64,000 bases of DNA from an uncultured Candidatus Bathyarchaeia archaeon. Its GTDB lineage: Archaea; Thermoproteota; Bathyarchaeia; 40CM-2-53-6. The translations under genes were made by a program, and so were the position numbers. Below are positions 37,539 through 47,431 of this stretch, piece by piece. Where the stretch lies: contig CAZHKA010000042.1 of NCBI GenBank assembly GCA_964533505.1, positions 26,656 through 90,655 of the forward strand. Reading direction: 5' to 3'. Every line of letters begins with the position of its first letter. The stretch's first letter is position 1. The notes under the pieces were generated by a model. That model was not told the origin of the DNA. It was given only the letters and a program-made list of their open reading frames with translations, and ran no database searches.

Positions 37539-38165
37539 CTAACTTCCCTCCTCTTTCGTTGAACGGGCGTGAAGGCCTGAGACCATAGGCTCGGTCATCG
37601 CCCCGGCGCATTTCTCCAATTCCGCCATACCGTTAATCTTGTGGGATTTTATGGGCATCCGCCCGCGCTTGAACAGTCTCATGGCCCGTGGAATCATTTT
37701 GAAAGCTCCGAGTGGGTTTGTTTCTAGCATGAACCTGCTGATGAGGGGCACCTCAGCAATCCTTCCGTTCTTGTTGACAATATCGACAAACAGCTTGGCC
37801 ACCACTGGCGCTTTACCTCCCTTTGGTGCTAGCCCGAATTCGATGGCTAGCCGTTTCAGCTCATACATGATATCCGTGAGTTTGATGCCGGAAGGACAGC
37901 GAACTGTGCACGAGTAGCATGATGAACAGAGCCAGATCGTGTTGCTCTTGAGAACTCTTTCAAGCATTCCGGCTCTGAAAGCCGCAATGATCTCTCTGGG
38001 AGTAAAATCCATTGCGTAGCTTGTCGGGCAGGAGGCGCTGCATGTGCCGCACTGGATGCATTCCTTGATCTTGTCTCCACTGGGAATGCCGTAGACATCA
38101 TGGAGGAACACATCGCTTAGGGGATGTGCTGTTCGTTCTATACCCTCTTCTAGCAAGAGCATCAA
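37539..38165 (-). CDS. hdrC: heterodisulfide reductase subunit C
   Basis: CIQCGTCSASCP and CSSCYSCTVRCP. Alternative ATG at 38162. Confidence 0.85.
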   Translation of the reverse strand: MMLLLEEGIERTAHPLSDVFLHDVYGIPSGDKIKECIQCGTCSASCPTSYAMDFTPREIIAAFRAGMLERVLKSNTIWLCSSCYSCTVRCPSGIKLTDIMYELKRLAIEFGLAPKGGKAPVVAKLFVDIVNKNGRIAEVPLISRFMLETNPLGAFKMIPRAMRLFKRGRMPIKSHKINGMAELEKCAGAMTEPMVSGLHARSTKEEGS

Positions 38166-38276
38166 ATGTGGAGGTTTACGTAAGTGGGTATATACATAAC
38201 GCCCGTGTTCTATGTTGCCTATATAGACAGTGTGCGTTTTCTATGCTACGGAACCGTTCTAAAGCATTCTGCTGAA

Positions 38277-38744
38277 CTAACGTGTCGTAAGAGTGAGTGG
38301 CTTCATAGCCGACCACGCTTTCATCGTCTTTTCTTGGAGTTTTAGAGCGAAATCGCTTCCCACTTCATTCATTGCCCTAAGAATAAGCAAATCTTCGACG
38401 CTTCGTAATTCGCATTTGATTCGACCCACAATGTCGGAACCACAGCAGGCAACACAGTAGCCCTCATGGGAGTCGATCTCAGACGACGAAAGATCAGTCA
38501 CCGTCGGATGAGACTTGCATAGACTAATCAAATCCTTCGCTCCCCTCAGCGAGACAAAGATATCTGGCGGAAGACTCACAATACGGCTCGCCAGTTCTGT
38601 TGTGGCTTCATTCAAAATTTCCCATGCATCTTCAAGTTGATCGCATTGACGTTTTGTACGCTGTTCGGCTGTTTCCAACTCTCGAACCAACACCCCACAA
38701 GTACAACTTATAATATAATCACCGTGATGCGACAATATATGCAT
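38277..38744 (-). CDS. Cys-rich protein of unknown function (paralog of N-terminal domain of 30964-31656)
   Basis: 155 aa. QCDQLEDAWEILNE, LISLCKSHP, EID, GYCVACCG, RIKCELRSVED, AMNEVG..FALKLQ..TMKAW. Lies 112 nt upstream of hdrC on the same strand. Confidence 0.6.
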   Translation of the reverse strand: MHILSHHGDYIISCTCGVLVRELETAEQRTKRQCDQLEDAWEILNEATTELASRIVSLPPDIFVSLRGAKDLISLCKSHPTVTDLSSSEIDSHEGYCVACCGSDIVGRIKCELRSVEDLLILRAMNEVGSDFALKLQEKTMKAWSAMKPLTLTTR

Positions 38745-39052
38745 TATTTACATCGACCTAGAAACGTTTACTTTTCAAAAGCGTTAGAATCGGGGCTGCT
38801 ATAGAGGAATATCTTGCCTACAATTGTCTCTCCTATCTTTGCAGCATGGCTTGCCGATCGTACATTGGATTCAGCAATCTCGTTGATCAGGGTACGGATG
38901 CGCAATTACGCGGATAGATCCCAGATCCATTTAGAAAAGCGTGAACATCGGAATACTTCAAAAACCTATCACTGCCTCAATGTACAGAGAGAGATTTTAT
39001 ACTCGTATTCTGGGTGCGAAGACAAAAGGTCAAATGAGGTCCTGTCTGAGCC

Positions 39053-40255
39053 TTGGGCGCGGAGAGAAAGCGAGTAAACCACGGCCTTTCGTCCACTCTG
39101 TTCTTGTTGGTTATGACGCTCGGTTACGCTGTTTATGCAGCGGACCGAACCGTCCTCGCCTCTGTACTAGCTCTGCTGGCTCCAGCCCTCAGTTTGACGA
39201 ACTACGAAATCGGCCTGATAGGCTCGGCTCAGTACATTGGCGTTCTGTGCTTCGTCTTCCTCTCGGGTCACCTTTCGGACAAATACGGAAGGAAGACTGT
39301 GATAATCGTCGGCATATTGGTATTCACGCTATTCACTTGGATGATAGGGTTGGCCTCGAATTTCCTTCAAGCGTTCGTCTTTCGCCTCATCAGCGGATTC
39401 GGCGAAGGAATCTTCTGGCCTGTCGCGATGGCTGCGGTGGCGTCATACTTCAAGAATCGAAAAGGATTGGCATTAGGGATATTCTACGTAGGCTTTGATG
39501 TGGGAAGCGTTGCTGGTCTCTCGTTGGGAGGCCTCGCTTATTCACTCTCGGGTGACTGGCGCACCGCCTTCTTCGTGGCGCCATCACTGGGCATCCTCGT
39601 CATCGCTGGTGCAGGCTGGCTGAAAAACGAGTTCGGATCTTCCCCTGAGGACGAAGCCCGAATAAGACTGGGCAGGGACGCATTGGATCTTCTGAAACAG
39701 AGAAGTGTTAACCTCATGTTGATCTTTGCGCTTGTAGCGACTTGGGCTTCTGTCTGGCAAGTGATATTCTTGCCCTACTACTTCTTCAAAGTCCTACATT
39801 TCGGAATATTATCTTCTGCTCTCTTCTCCGCCGTAGTTGCGATTTCGGGAGGGGTCGGTAAGCTCATCTTGGGTGGAATGTCTGACGTTTGGAGAAGGAG
39901 CAGGATGCTTGCAGTAATTGCTCTTGCTGTGCTATTGTCGTATGCTGGTTTTTTCGCAACATCTAACCCGATCCTTGCCCTCGCGGTAGCGATCATCATG
40001 GGCTTCTTTAGCAGCTCAATCTTTCCAATCATGCAGGCGCTCGTGGCAGATATTTGCAAGGGTAGAACTGGAACGGCTCTCGGACTCACCACGACCTCCC
40101 AATCAGTAGCCACCGTTTTTTCACCCATAATCACCGCCTCGCTCTTCGCAATCGGCGTGGGAAGAGCCGTGGCGTTGAATGCTATGATACCCGCCGCACT
40201 TACATTGTTGCTGGCTCTGATGCTAAAGGACCTTCAACCGCCGACTACGCGATAG
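39053..40255 (+). CDS. MFS transporter
   Basis: 400 aa, about 12 TM, with an MFS loop motif (GHLSDKYGRK). Confidence 0.8.
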   Translation: MGAERKRVNHGLSSTLFLLVMTLGYAVYAADRTVLASVLALLAPALSLTNYEIGLIGSAQYIGVLCFVFLSGHLSDKYGRKTVIIVGILVFTLFTWMIGLASNFLQAFVFRLISGFGEGIFWPVAMAAVASYFKNRKGLALGIFYVGFDVGSVAGLSLGGLAYSLSGDWRTAFFVAPSLGILVIAGAGWLKNEFGSSPEDEARIRLGRDALDLLKQRSVNLMLIFALVATWASVWQVIFLPYYFFKVLHFGILSSALFSAVVAISGGVGKLILGGMSDVWRRSRMLAVIALAVLLSYAGFFATSNPILALAVAIIMGFFSSSIFPIMQALVADICKGRTGTALGLTTTSQSVATVFSPIITASLFAIGVGRAVALNAMIPAALTLLLALMLKDLQPPTTR

Positions 40256-40422
40256 TTCAGCATGACTTGCAAAATACGGGCGTAGACAAGTCCGACTGTG
40301 ATTATCGAAGTCGTTGGGCAGAGCACCCTACGCTGGCATACTAGGAGACCCCAGTTTGTCGCTAGGCGTAAATCCACGAATAGCTGCTGAGCTGTGAACG
40401 AAATCTCAAGAGTCTGTGGTCC

Positions 40423-41385
40423 GTGGCAATCGTTAGTATTAGAGGGTTGACTAAACGATATGGGCAAAATCTAGCAGTAGACCACCTGAACCTTGAGGCA
40501 CGAGAAGGGGAGATTCTTGGCATCCTTGGCCCTAACGGGGCCGGGAAGAGTTCAACTCTCCTTATGCTGTCGACAATAATCAAACCCACCGAGGGGACAG
40601 CAGAGGTTGGAGGTTATGATATCAGGACTAATCCTTACGAAGTGCGAGAACTGATTGGAATAGCCTTCCAAGAACCGAAGCTATTCTGGTTTAACACCCC
40701 CTGGCAGATATTGAACTGGCACGGTAAGGTTTGTGGAATTGAGAACCCGAGGCAAACAGCGGAACGCATGCTCAAAGAGCTCAACCTGTGGGATGCACGA
40801 AACAAGTACGCACACGAACTCTCTGGCGGAATGAAAAAACGTGTCGAAATCGCGAAGGTCATGATCCAACGGCCGAAAGTAGCGATCGTTGACGAACCGA
40901 CGGCGCAAATTGATGTCGCGGGCAAATACCAAATCTGGGATATGATTCACAAGCTACGAGATGAGGGCTCGACGATACTTCTGGCGACGAACGAACTAGG
41001 AGAAGCGGATAGGCTTTCGGACCGCGTGGCAATAGTTTTCCGTGGCCGGCTCCGCGTCCTAGACACACCAAGGAACCTTAAGGATAGCATACCAGGCGGC
41101 GACGTTATTGACGTACGGACACAAAACCCAATTGACGACAGTGTCATAGAGCAAGTGAAGAGAGTTCCTGGCGTAGTCGACTTCACTTTGGTGAAGGCAT
41201 CACATATGCGCATATACTTGAACCGGGCCGAGAGGATCCTACCGACGATTATGACCCGTCTCAACGAACTCGCGGTTGAGATCGCCTCAATTAACATGAA
41301 GGAGCCGTCGCTTGACGACGTATTCTTTCACTATACTGGCGAAGTGCTTGATGAGGCCGAGGAGCCTGATAGTGCGTCTTCATGA
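40423..41385 (+). CDS. ABC transporter ATP-binding protein (ABC-2/DrrA type)
   Basis: Walker A GPNGAGKSS, signature LSGGMKKR, Walker B VAIVDEPT. GTG start. Confidence 0.9.
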   Translation: MAIVSIRGLTKRYGQNLAVDHLNLEAREGEILGILGPNGAGKSSTLLMLSTIIKPTEGTAEVGGYDIRTNPYEVRELIGIAFQEPKLFWFNTPWQILNWHGKVCGIENPRQTAERMLKELNLWDARNKYAHELSGGMKKRVEIAKVMIQRPKVAIVDEPTAQIDVAGKYQIWDMIHKLRDEGSTILLATNELGEADRLSDRVAIVFRGRLRVLDTPRNLKDSIPGGDVIDVRTQNPIDDSVIEQVKRVPGVVDFTLVKASHMRIYLNRAERILPTIMTRLNELAVEIASINMKEPSLDDVFFHYTGEVLDEAEEPDSASS

Positions 41386-42140
41386 CGAAAATCCTCCTAG
41401 TCATTGAGCGTGATCTTCGCTCAATGGTGCAACAGAAGAGCATTCTGCTGATGAGATGGTTCTACGCGATTATCCAGATCGGAATCTTCGGCTTAGCAAT
41501 TTCGCGAATCGTCACCGTCATGCAAGACTACTACACCTACTACGCCATGGGGGTAATCGTGATGACAATGTACTCCGTGGCGATATACACGGGTTATGAG
41601 ATCTACGACGAAGCGGACCTTGGGTACACCGAATACCTCCTCAGCATCCCACTTACCCGCCGAGAACTCGTCTTAGGTCGCTCGCTTGCAGGAGGAATTC
41701 GTAGCTTAGTGTTCATGGCTCCCATAATTGCCGGCTTCATGTTCTTGATCGGTATAGTCGACCCTCTGAGGGTTGGGATGGCGATTGTGGCGTTGTTTGG
41801 TTTTACTTTCGGCGTCTCGGGTTTGAGCATCACGTTAGCCGTCGGATTGAGATCAGGGGACAAATTTGACATCATCATGGGCGCATTGGATGCGTTCATA
41901 GTGCGGCTAAGCTCAGCGCTCTACCCCCAGGCATTCATGCCAAAACCGATCGCCATCCTCTCCCAATTCAACCCCTTAACCTACGCCTCCGACCTTTTCC
42001 GTTGGTCGCTCAACTTCAACACGCACTTCCTAGCTAACCCAGTAACTTCCGTAGTCGTCTTGATCATATTCCTAACAACATTCAACGTTGCCGGCATAGC
42101 GATTTACGAACGTAACCTCGAGGGCGGAACTTGGAGATAG
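41382..42140 (+). CDS. ABC-2 type transporter permease
   Basis: 6-TM protein with a 4-nt overlap with the ATPase gene. Confidence 0.75.
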   Translation: MTKILLVIERDLRSMVQQKSILLMRWFYAIIQIGIFGLAISRIVTVMQDYYTYYAMGVIVMTMYSVAIYTGYEIYDEADLGYTEYLLSIPLTRRELVLGRSLAGGIRSLVFMAPIIAGFMFLIGIVDPLRVGMAIVALFGFTFGVSGLSITLAVGLRSGDKFDIIMGALDAFIVRLSSALYPQAFMPKPIAILSQFNPLTYASDLFRWSLNFNTHFLANPVTSVVVLIIFLTTFNVAGIAIYERNLEGGTWR

Positions 42141-42147
42141 AACGGGC

Positions 42148-42903
42148 ATGATACATGGCGTTCTTGCTGTACTCGAACATGACCTGAGGGTATTCTTCAA
42201 GTACCGATTCACTCTCGCCGGCTTGATCAGCATGAATTTGGCTGATCTGCTGATAATGGCGGTGGTCTACACGCGAATGGTATCGTTCAATTACTTCCAG
42301 TTCCTAGCGCCCGGAGTCACGGCGACAGGACTGTTCGCCGCAGCTTTCCTGATCGGCAGAGAGGTGAACATGGAAACACGGAGAGGTTACAACGAGTACC
42401 TACTAAGCCTGCCACTGCGGAGATCCGAACTGGTTCTAGGACGGGTGACTGCCGGAGGACTTAGGGGAATAATCTACGCTACCCCACTTCTCATTTTGGC
42501 CATGCTTATACTCAAATTCCCAACGCCCGCTCAATTCGGGCTTATGCTCTTCGCCATGTACCTCCTAAGCATGGGAATATCCGGTTTGGCAATCAGCCTA
42601 GCCGTAGCGCTAAGGAGCTTCGAACGGTTTACAACCGCGAGGAGTCTACTGTACTTGCTACTAATCTTCTGTAGCACCGTCTTTTACCCGTTGGCCGTTC
42701 TCCGCGAAATCCTCCCCGGCTCACTAATTCTATTCGCGCAGCTCAATCCGCTCAGCGCCGTCGCGGATTTAATCAGAGGCTACCTCATCGGCGTGCCACC
42801 CGTAACCACACAGAGTTGGACTGAACTACTCGCGTTTTCCGGAATCTTCATCATGGCGGGAGCAGGACTTTACAGAGTTGCGATTGAAAGATCCGTCCAA
42901 TAA
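42148..42903 (+). CDS. ABC-2 type transporter permease (second subunit)
   Basis: Paralogous in layout to 41382-42140 (YNEYLLSLPLRRSELVLGR versus YTEYLLSIPLTRRELVLGR). Confidence 0.75.
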   Translation: MIHGVLAVLEHDLRVFFKYRFTLAGLISMNLADLLIMAVVYTRMVSFNYFQFLAPGVTATGLFAAAFLIGREVNMETRRGYNEYLLSLPLRRSELVLGRVTAGGLRGIIYATPLLILAMLILKFPTPAQFGLMLFAMYLLSMGISGLAISLAVALRSFERFTTARSLLYLLLIFCSTVFYPLAVLREILPGSLILFAQLNPLSAVADLIRGYLIGVPPVTTQSWTELLAFSGIFIMAGAGLYRVAIERSVQ

Positions 42904-43280
42904 AACGGTTCAGACGCTCGGACCATAAGAATCCATTCGGGTTCAGCGCGACATCGTGCGGTTTGCAAAGCCATCTACCTAGTACAAAACACTTGGTTGC
43001 TCGTTTCAATTTTGTGCATGATCATGAGGAAGTTCCAAGAGCGATTGTCGCTGATGTGAGAAAGAAAGGAAGAATTGCGCTCTCCATCCCATTCATTTAG
43101 GATCGCCAACTCCTCCCTGACCTAGTGTTTCTCGCGCGTGGGACTTAATTTCTCGTCTGGTATACGAACTCGCAATTTGTGGGCTAATGGCGTTCCTAAC
43201 CGTTGTTACATCACCTGCAAGTTATATGTAGAACCGGTAGCGATTGCTACTCCAGCAGCAGCGAGGAGTATCACTATCTT

Positions 43281-43949
43281 ATGCAACAGGGAGGCTTCAC
43301 GGAAGATTTCGTGCTGAAGGTAGCGAAGGACGCGTACGAGCACGGATCCGCCACTTTCGAAATAGTTCCGGCCAAATGTGCTCTCATCGTGGTGGACATG
43401 CAAGATGAGTTTGTTGAACCATGTCGGACACCCTTTTGGGTGCCGGAAGCAACCAGGCAGGTTCCTAAGATAAGAAAGCTCATCGATTCTTGCCGAAAAA
43501 AGAACATGCCTATCATATTCACTGCACTTGCGGAAACCCATCACAACCTCGACAGACCAATTAGTGGAAAGACCATGCCCAACCGCTACGGCCAAATCGG
43601 CGTCCAGGATCCATCATGGTTCAGAGATGGACGTATCTGCAGCGGGTTGGGAGTGCTGGATAGCGACATTGTGATCCACAAACCCTCATACGGTGCCTTC
43701 TACGACACACCGCTAGAAACAATTCTCAAAAACCTAAGTAAAGACACAGTCATCGTCTGTGGAACACTGACCAACTTCTGTTGCGGAACAACCGCACGAC
43801 AAGCCTACGAGAGAGGATTCAAAGTAGTCTTCGGCAGCGATGTCACGGCAACCGACGACCCGAGCCTTCAAGAGCCGGAACTAAAGGTGCTGAGAAAAGG
43901 TTTCGCCCGAGTCATGACAATGGACGAAATCATTGCAACTCTCCAGTGA
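43281..43949 (+). CDS. isochorismatase-family cysteine hydrolase
   Basis: ALIVVDMQDEF, VIVCGTLTNFCCGTTARQA (catalytic Cys). The ATG at 43281 is preferred over the TTG at 43203. Confidence 0.8.
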   Translation: MQQGGFTEDFVLKVAKDAYEHGSATFEIVPAKCALIVVDMQDEFVEPCRTPFWVPEATRQVPKIRKLIDSCRKKNMPIIFTALAETHHNLDRPISGKTMPNRYGQIGVQDPSWFRDGRICSGLGVLDSDIVIHKPSYGAFYDTPLETILKNLSKDTVIVCGTLTNFCCGTTARQAYERGFKVVFGSDVTATDDPSLQEPELKVLRKGFARVMTMDEIIATLQ

Positions 43950-44098
43950 TACTTGACTGACTGTACATTGTCAGCCGCCGGGACCCGAACTTACATAGTT
44001 GAATTTCGCGGATTCGTGAAATATTCACGGGAGTGGACCCCACGGGCTTTATACCGAATGCGGTTCAAACCCGGACCTCTCTCAACACGCCCTCCCCG

Positions 44099-44515
44099 TC
44101 AGAAAAAGCTTGACCGGGTTCTCACATCGTCAGGATTTATTTTTCTATCGAATCCAGCCCTAACCATGTTGTTCAACATCGAATCGACTCTTGTTCGAAC
44201 GAGCGTTTCGCTATCAAACCCATACTCCTTAAACATCTTCATGAAAGCTTGCATGTTATCGAGTTCTTCGGTTTCGTAAACCCTTCCGCTACCCATTTCG
44301 AAATAGAGGGACACCTTGTTCTTTTTGATTTTCATGCTAACATCAGCGCGCTGTCCGTTCACATATGCAACCCAAGGAAAATCAAATACGAAGTCGTGGC
44401 CGGATTTGAGCGCGAGAAGCAAGTAAAGGTGGATATAGTTTTTCGCAGTTCTGTTGAGAATGTCCATGGCTGTATTGCTGTTTCGCAACGACTCTCTGAC
44501 TACTTCAGACATCAA
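44099..44515 (-). CDS. hypothetical protein
   Basis: 138-aa ORF with no motif I recognise. Confidence 0.35.
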   Translation of the reverse strand: MMSEVVRESLRNSNTAMDILNRTAKNYIHLYLLLALKSGHDFVFDFPWVAYVNGQRADVSMKIKKNKVSLYFEMGSGRVYETEELDNMQAFMKMFKEYGFDSETLVRTRVDSMLNNMVRAGFDRKINPDDVRTRSSFF

Positions 44516-44662
44516 AATACACTGCTTCAGAAGAAATAGACCCTAATTCAAAAGGTTCCGACAGTTTTCGAATCCTGCAAGAACGAGTTTTCACGCTTGA
44601 GGATTAGCAAAGAGATCGGGTTTGAGACGAACGAGCCGACCTTGTCGCTCGTAACAAGGAAG

Positions 44663-45244
44663 CTAGTGAAAGTGCAGTAGAACCTCAGATGGATGCTTCA
44701 AGAGAAAGTCCGGCCTCAAATCGTAAAGTGCGCGTCTGTGCTTTGAACCCCAGCAGGCGGCGGCAGTTCTCACGCCTGCGTTGCGAGAGGCCTCAATTTC
44801 GTTCGGATGATCAGCCACGTAGACCGTCTGATCAGAATGCACACGGATAGTCTCCATAACCATTCTGAGCCCTTCGGGGTTGGGCTTAGGTTCACTGACA
44901 TCATCAGCTGTCACAACGGTTGTAAAGAACTGTGACAGGCTAGATCGGGCAAGGGTATAGTCTGCTATTTGCTTGCCTGCGCCTGTACAAACAGGGATGA
45001 AGCTCATTCCTTTAACATGCTCGCTGACTTGTTCATTCGTTCTTGCCAGAAAATTCAGTCCGACGTACTCGTTTCCCAGTCGCTGGTAAAGGGCTAAGGG
45101 AGGGTTCTTTCTTCCATCAACTATCAACTTGTCGTTGGCTTTTAGGCACAATTCGCTCCTAACCTGAGCCGCATTCTTGGTTCTTCCCGATACGATGGGT
45201 GGGAATACGTGGTCGTAGTCGATTCGAGACTTTCTCAGGTCCAT
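44663..45244 (-). CDS. HAD-superfamily hydrolase (phosphatase-like)
   Basis: Motif I-like IDYDHV near the N-terminus, motif II PVCTGA, KPNPEG, and motif IV VYVADHPNEIEASRNAG. Confidence 0.6.
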   Translation of the reverse strand: MDLRKSRIDYDHVFPPIVSGRTKNAAQVRSELCLKANDKLIVDGRKNPPLALYQRLGNEYVGLNFLARTNEQVSEHVKGMSFIPVCTGAGKQIADYTLARSSLSQFFTTVVTADDVSEPKPNPEGLRMVMETIRVHSDQTVYVADHPNEIEASRNAGVRTAAACWGSKHRRALYDLRPDFLLKHPSEVLLHFH

Positions 45245-45567
45245 GCAGAAACGGTCGGTGAGAATCGATGATGCGTTAATAGCTGGGTCTATGAGCCCCT
45301 AGTAAAACAAGGATTGTAGACCTCCAAACACTCTTCTTACGTCGTCTTTCGTTTGAGGGAGTGTGTAATGCAGAACATTCATCACTTTGGCTACGGGGAT
45401 CCTGGCGATTTGTAGGTTCGCGTCGTTGACTATGACGTCATACCCGTCCTTCAACACGCGTCTGATGACCTTGACGTAGTCACGGAAGTATTGCGGGGTG
45501 TCGAAATAGGGCGTTAACCGTCGGAACTTGGGGAAGCCTTATGGCCTTTGGTTAGGTCAGATTACAT

Positions 45568-45840
45568 GTGATTTGGCTCTTGACTGAAGCTCAGAAGATA
45601 CGCGATAAGTACGAGAGGTTGATGTCAAGCGAAATTTCGGAATTACAGAGAACATGTCCTCATAATGAAATTTCCGATTGGAAAGATGAATCGCTGGCTT
45701 TAGGACATCCAACTGGCCGTAGAATCAGGCTCTGTCTGCGTTGTGATAAGATAGTAGCAGTGCGAGTACCAGAGTTGAGTGAGTTTGCTGACCCGTTTGA
45801 TGTTATAGAACGAGAGGAAGAACTAAAAAAAAGTGATTAA
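45568..45840 (+). CDS. hypothetical small protein with Cys/His pairs
   Basis: 90 aa, CPH...CLRC spacing suggests a zinc ribbon. GTG start. Confidence 0.3.
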   Translation: MIWLLTEAQKIRDKYERLMSSEISELQRTCPHNEISDWKDESLALGHPTGRRIRLCLRCDKIVAVRVPELSEFADPFDVIEREEELKKSD

Positions 45841-46002
45841 GCTACCCACAACAGAAATCCACCCCAAGGGATTATCACTCGCTCACGCAAGACCCTTGTT
45901 AGAATACAGGAAGGAAGAAAGACTTCAGCACCATCGTACGCGAGATCGAGCGCCTGAATGGGATGGTTCAGAAATTATCAGTTAGGAGTGTTGCCAATCG
46001 TA

Positions 46003-47010
46003 TCAATTGGACGCGAGGTTTGGGGCGATCTTTTCAGCCGCTAGTTGTGCGGCTAGTTTGCGGTCTGGTCCGTGAATGTAGAGGATTGGACATTTCAGTC
46101 CCGTACCAATGCGCTTGCGCAGCTTTTCGAGGCATTCGTCGGGGCTTCCAGCGAGTGCAAACTTATCCACGAGGTCGTCCGTGACGTGGCTTATTGCCGC
46201 GTCAAGATTCCCCCTCAGATAGCTGGTCTTTACCTTCTCAATGTCTGCCTCGGAGATGCCTTCCAAGTCGAGTACGTTTTGTGGTGTTCCGGGAATCGTG
46301 TACGTGCCCAGAATTTTCTTCGCGAACCGCCTCGCCTCATCTCCATCCTTGGCCAAGATGGTTTCGAAGAATCCCACAGAATCAATCTGTGATGGATCAC
46401 GGCCCACCTCTCTCGCTTTCTTCGTGACTCTCTCGATCGCATACTTCGTATATTTAGACGAAAACGTAGCTCTTCGTGAAAGAATTACCCCATCGGCTAA
46501 TTCGCCCGCAAGATCCAGCATTCGGGGTCCGAGGGCGCCCATGTAAATTCGCGGCTTAGGCGTAAGTCGAGTTTGCGGGGTTGTTATCGCAAACACCCTG
46601 CCATCGTACGTGAAGTCGCCTGACGCGTAGATTCCTCGAATAATGGCAAAAGCATCTCTCATTCCTTCGATAGGCGTTCCGGCTATCCGGAAGGTTTTGA
46701 TCAATCGTTCGGCCCCGCCCAATCCGAGGATGAATCGGTTGCCCGACAGTTCATTCAGAGTTGCGGTCTCGATCGCGAGAGTTTGCGGATGCCGTCGGAA
46801 TGGACTTGTAATCCCCGTTCCCACCACCAGTCGCTCGGTTGCATGCAGGACCGCGGCTGCAAGCACGATGGTACCTCTCTTGTCGTCTTCCTGAATCCAT
46901 AAACTTCGAAAATCAGAATCGTCAACCAACGTAGCTAACTCGACAAGTACTCCGACGGGCAGGTCGCTGAAACCTATTCCGACCGATTCGAAACTGCCGC
47001 TCATGAACAT
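46003..47010 (-). CDS. luciferase-like (LLM) F420-dependent oxidoreductase
   Basis: 335 aa TIM-barrel LLM pattern: FRSLWIQED, GTGITSPFRRHP, NRFILGLG. Confidence 0.7.
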   Translation of the reverse strand: MFMSGSFESVGIGFSDLPVGVLVELATLVDDSDFRSLWIQEDDKRGTIVLAAAVLHATERLVVGTGITSPFRRHPQTLAIETATLNELSGNRFILGLGGAERLIKTFRIAGTPIEGMRDAFAIIRGIYASGDFTYDGRVFAITTPQTRLTPKPRIYMGALGPRMLDLAGELADGVILSRRATFSSKYTKYAIERVTKKAREVGRDPSQIDSVGFFETILAKDGDEARRFAKKILGTYTIPGTPQNVLDLEGISEADIEKVKTSYLRGNLDAAISHVTDDLVDKFALAGSPDECLEKLRKRIGTGLKCPILYIHGPDRKLAAQLAAEKIAPNLASN

Positions 47011-47146
47011 ACAGTAAATGTCGCGTCAAAAATAAGTTGACCGCCAAATGTATCAACGAGAAGCTTTAGCAACATTTGGCCAAAACATTTCGTTTGCTCG
47101 TAATTTGGTATCAAAATCCTCGAAATAGGAATCGGATTGAGATCCC

Positions 47147-47414
47147 ATGGGATACAAGTACGTCGTGCTGACCAACACTACGATCGGTTCCTTCATGTCT
47201 CAACTGGACGCGAACATCATGCTGATTTCGCTTCCCACAATTATACGAGAGCTGCCCGGCACGACCACGTAATGACGCGATTTGGGTCATTACGTGATAT
47301 ATGCTCGTGACAGCCAATCTACTCCTGACTTTTGGTAGACTGACGGACATTTACGGACAGGTTAGACTATACAACCCTGGCTTCGCAGTTTTCACAATAG
47401 GATCGGCGCTGTGA
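47147..47414 (+). pseudogene. remnant of a DHA2-type MFS transporter N-terminus
   Basis: MGYKYVVLTNTTIGSFMSQLDANIMLISLPTIIRELPGTTT followed by TAA TGA. The next frame reads WVIT*YMLVTANLLLTFGRLTDIYGQVRLYNPGFAVFTIGSAL*. The fragment ends where the convergent SDR gene ends. Confidence 0.6.
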
Positions 47415-47431
47415 AGCCTTGCGCCGTTCGC

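Noticed and set aside
31826-38165. Selenocysteine or stop-codon recoding in hdrA/mvh genes, as occurs in some methanogens.
   Set aside because: All six ORFs are uninterrupted and the expected Cys positions are encoded by Cys codons.
44663-45244. The HAD hydrolase initially looked N-terminally truncated, with no DxDGT motif.
   Set aside because: The sequence IDYDHV at residues 9-14 fits the DxDx(T/V) motif I, so the ORF is probably intact.
45300-45540. Open minus-strand frame reading GFPKFRRLTPYFDTPQYFRDYVKVIRRVLKDGYDVIVNDANLQIARIPVAKVMNVLHYTLPQTKDDVRRVFGGLQSLFY*.
   Set aside because: It is bounded by a stop at its 5' end, with only an internal GTG giving 53 aa. I recognise no family. It may be a gene remnant, but I cannot support a call.
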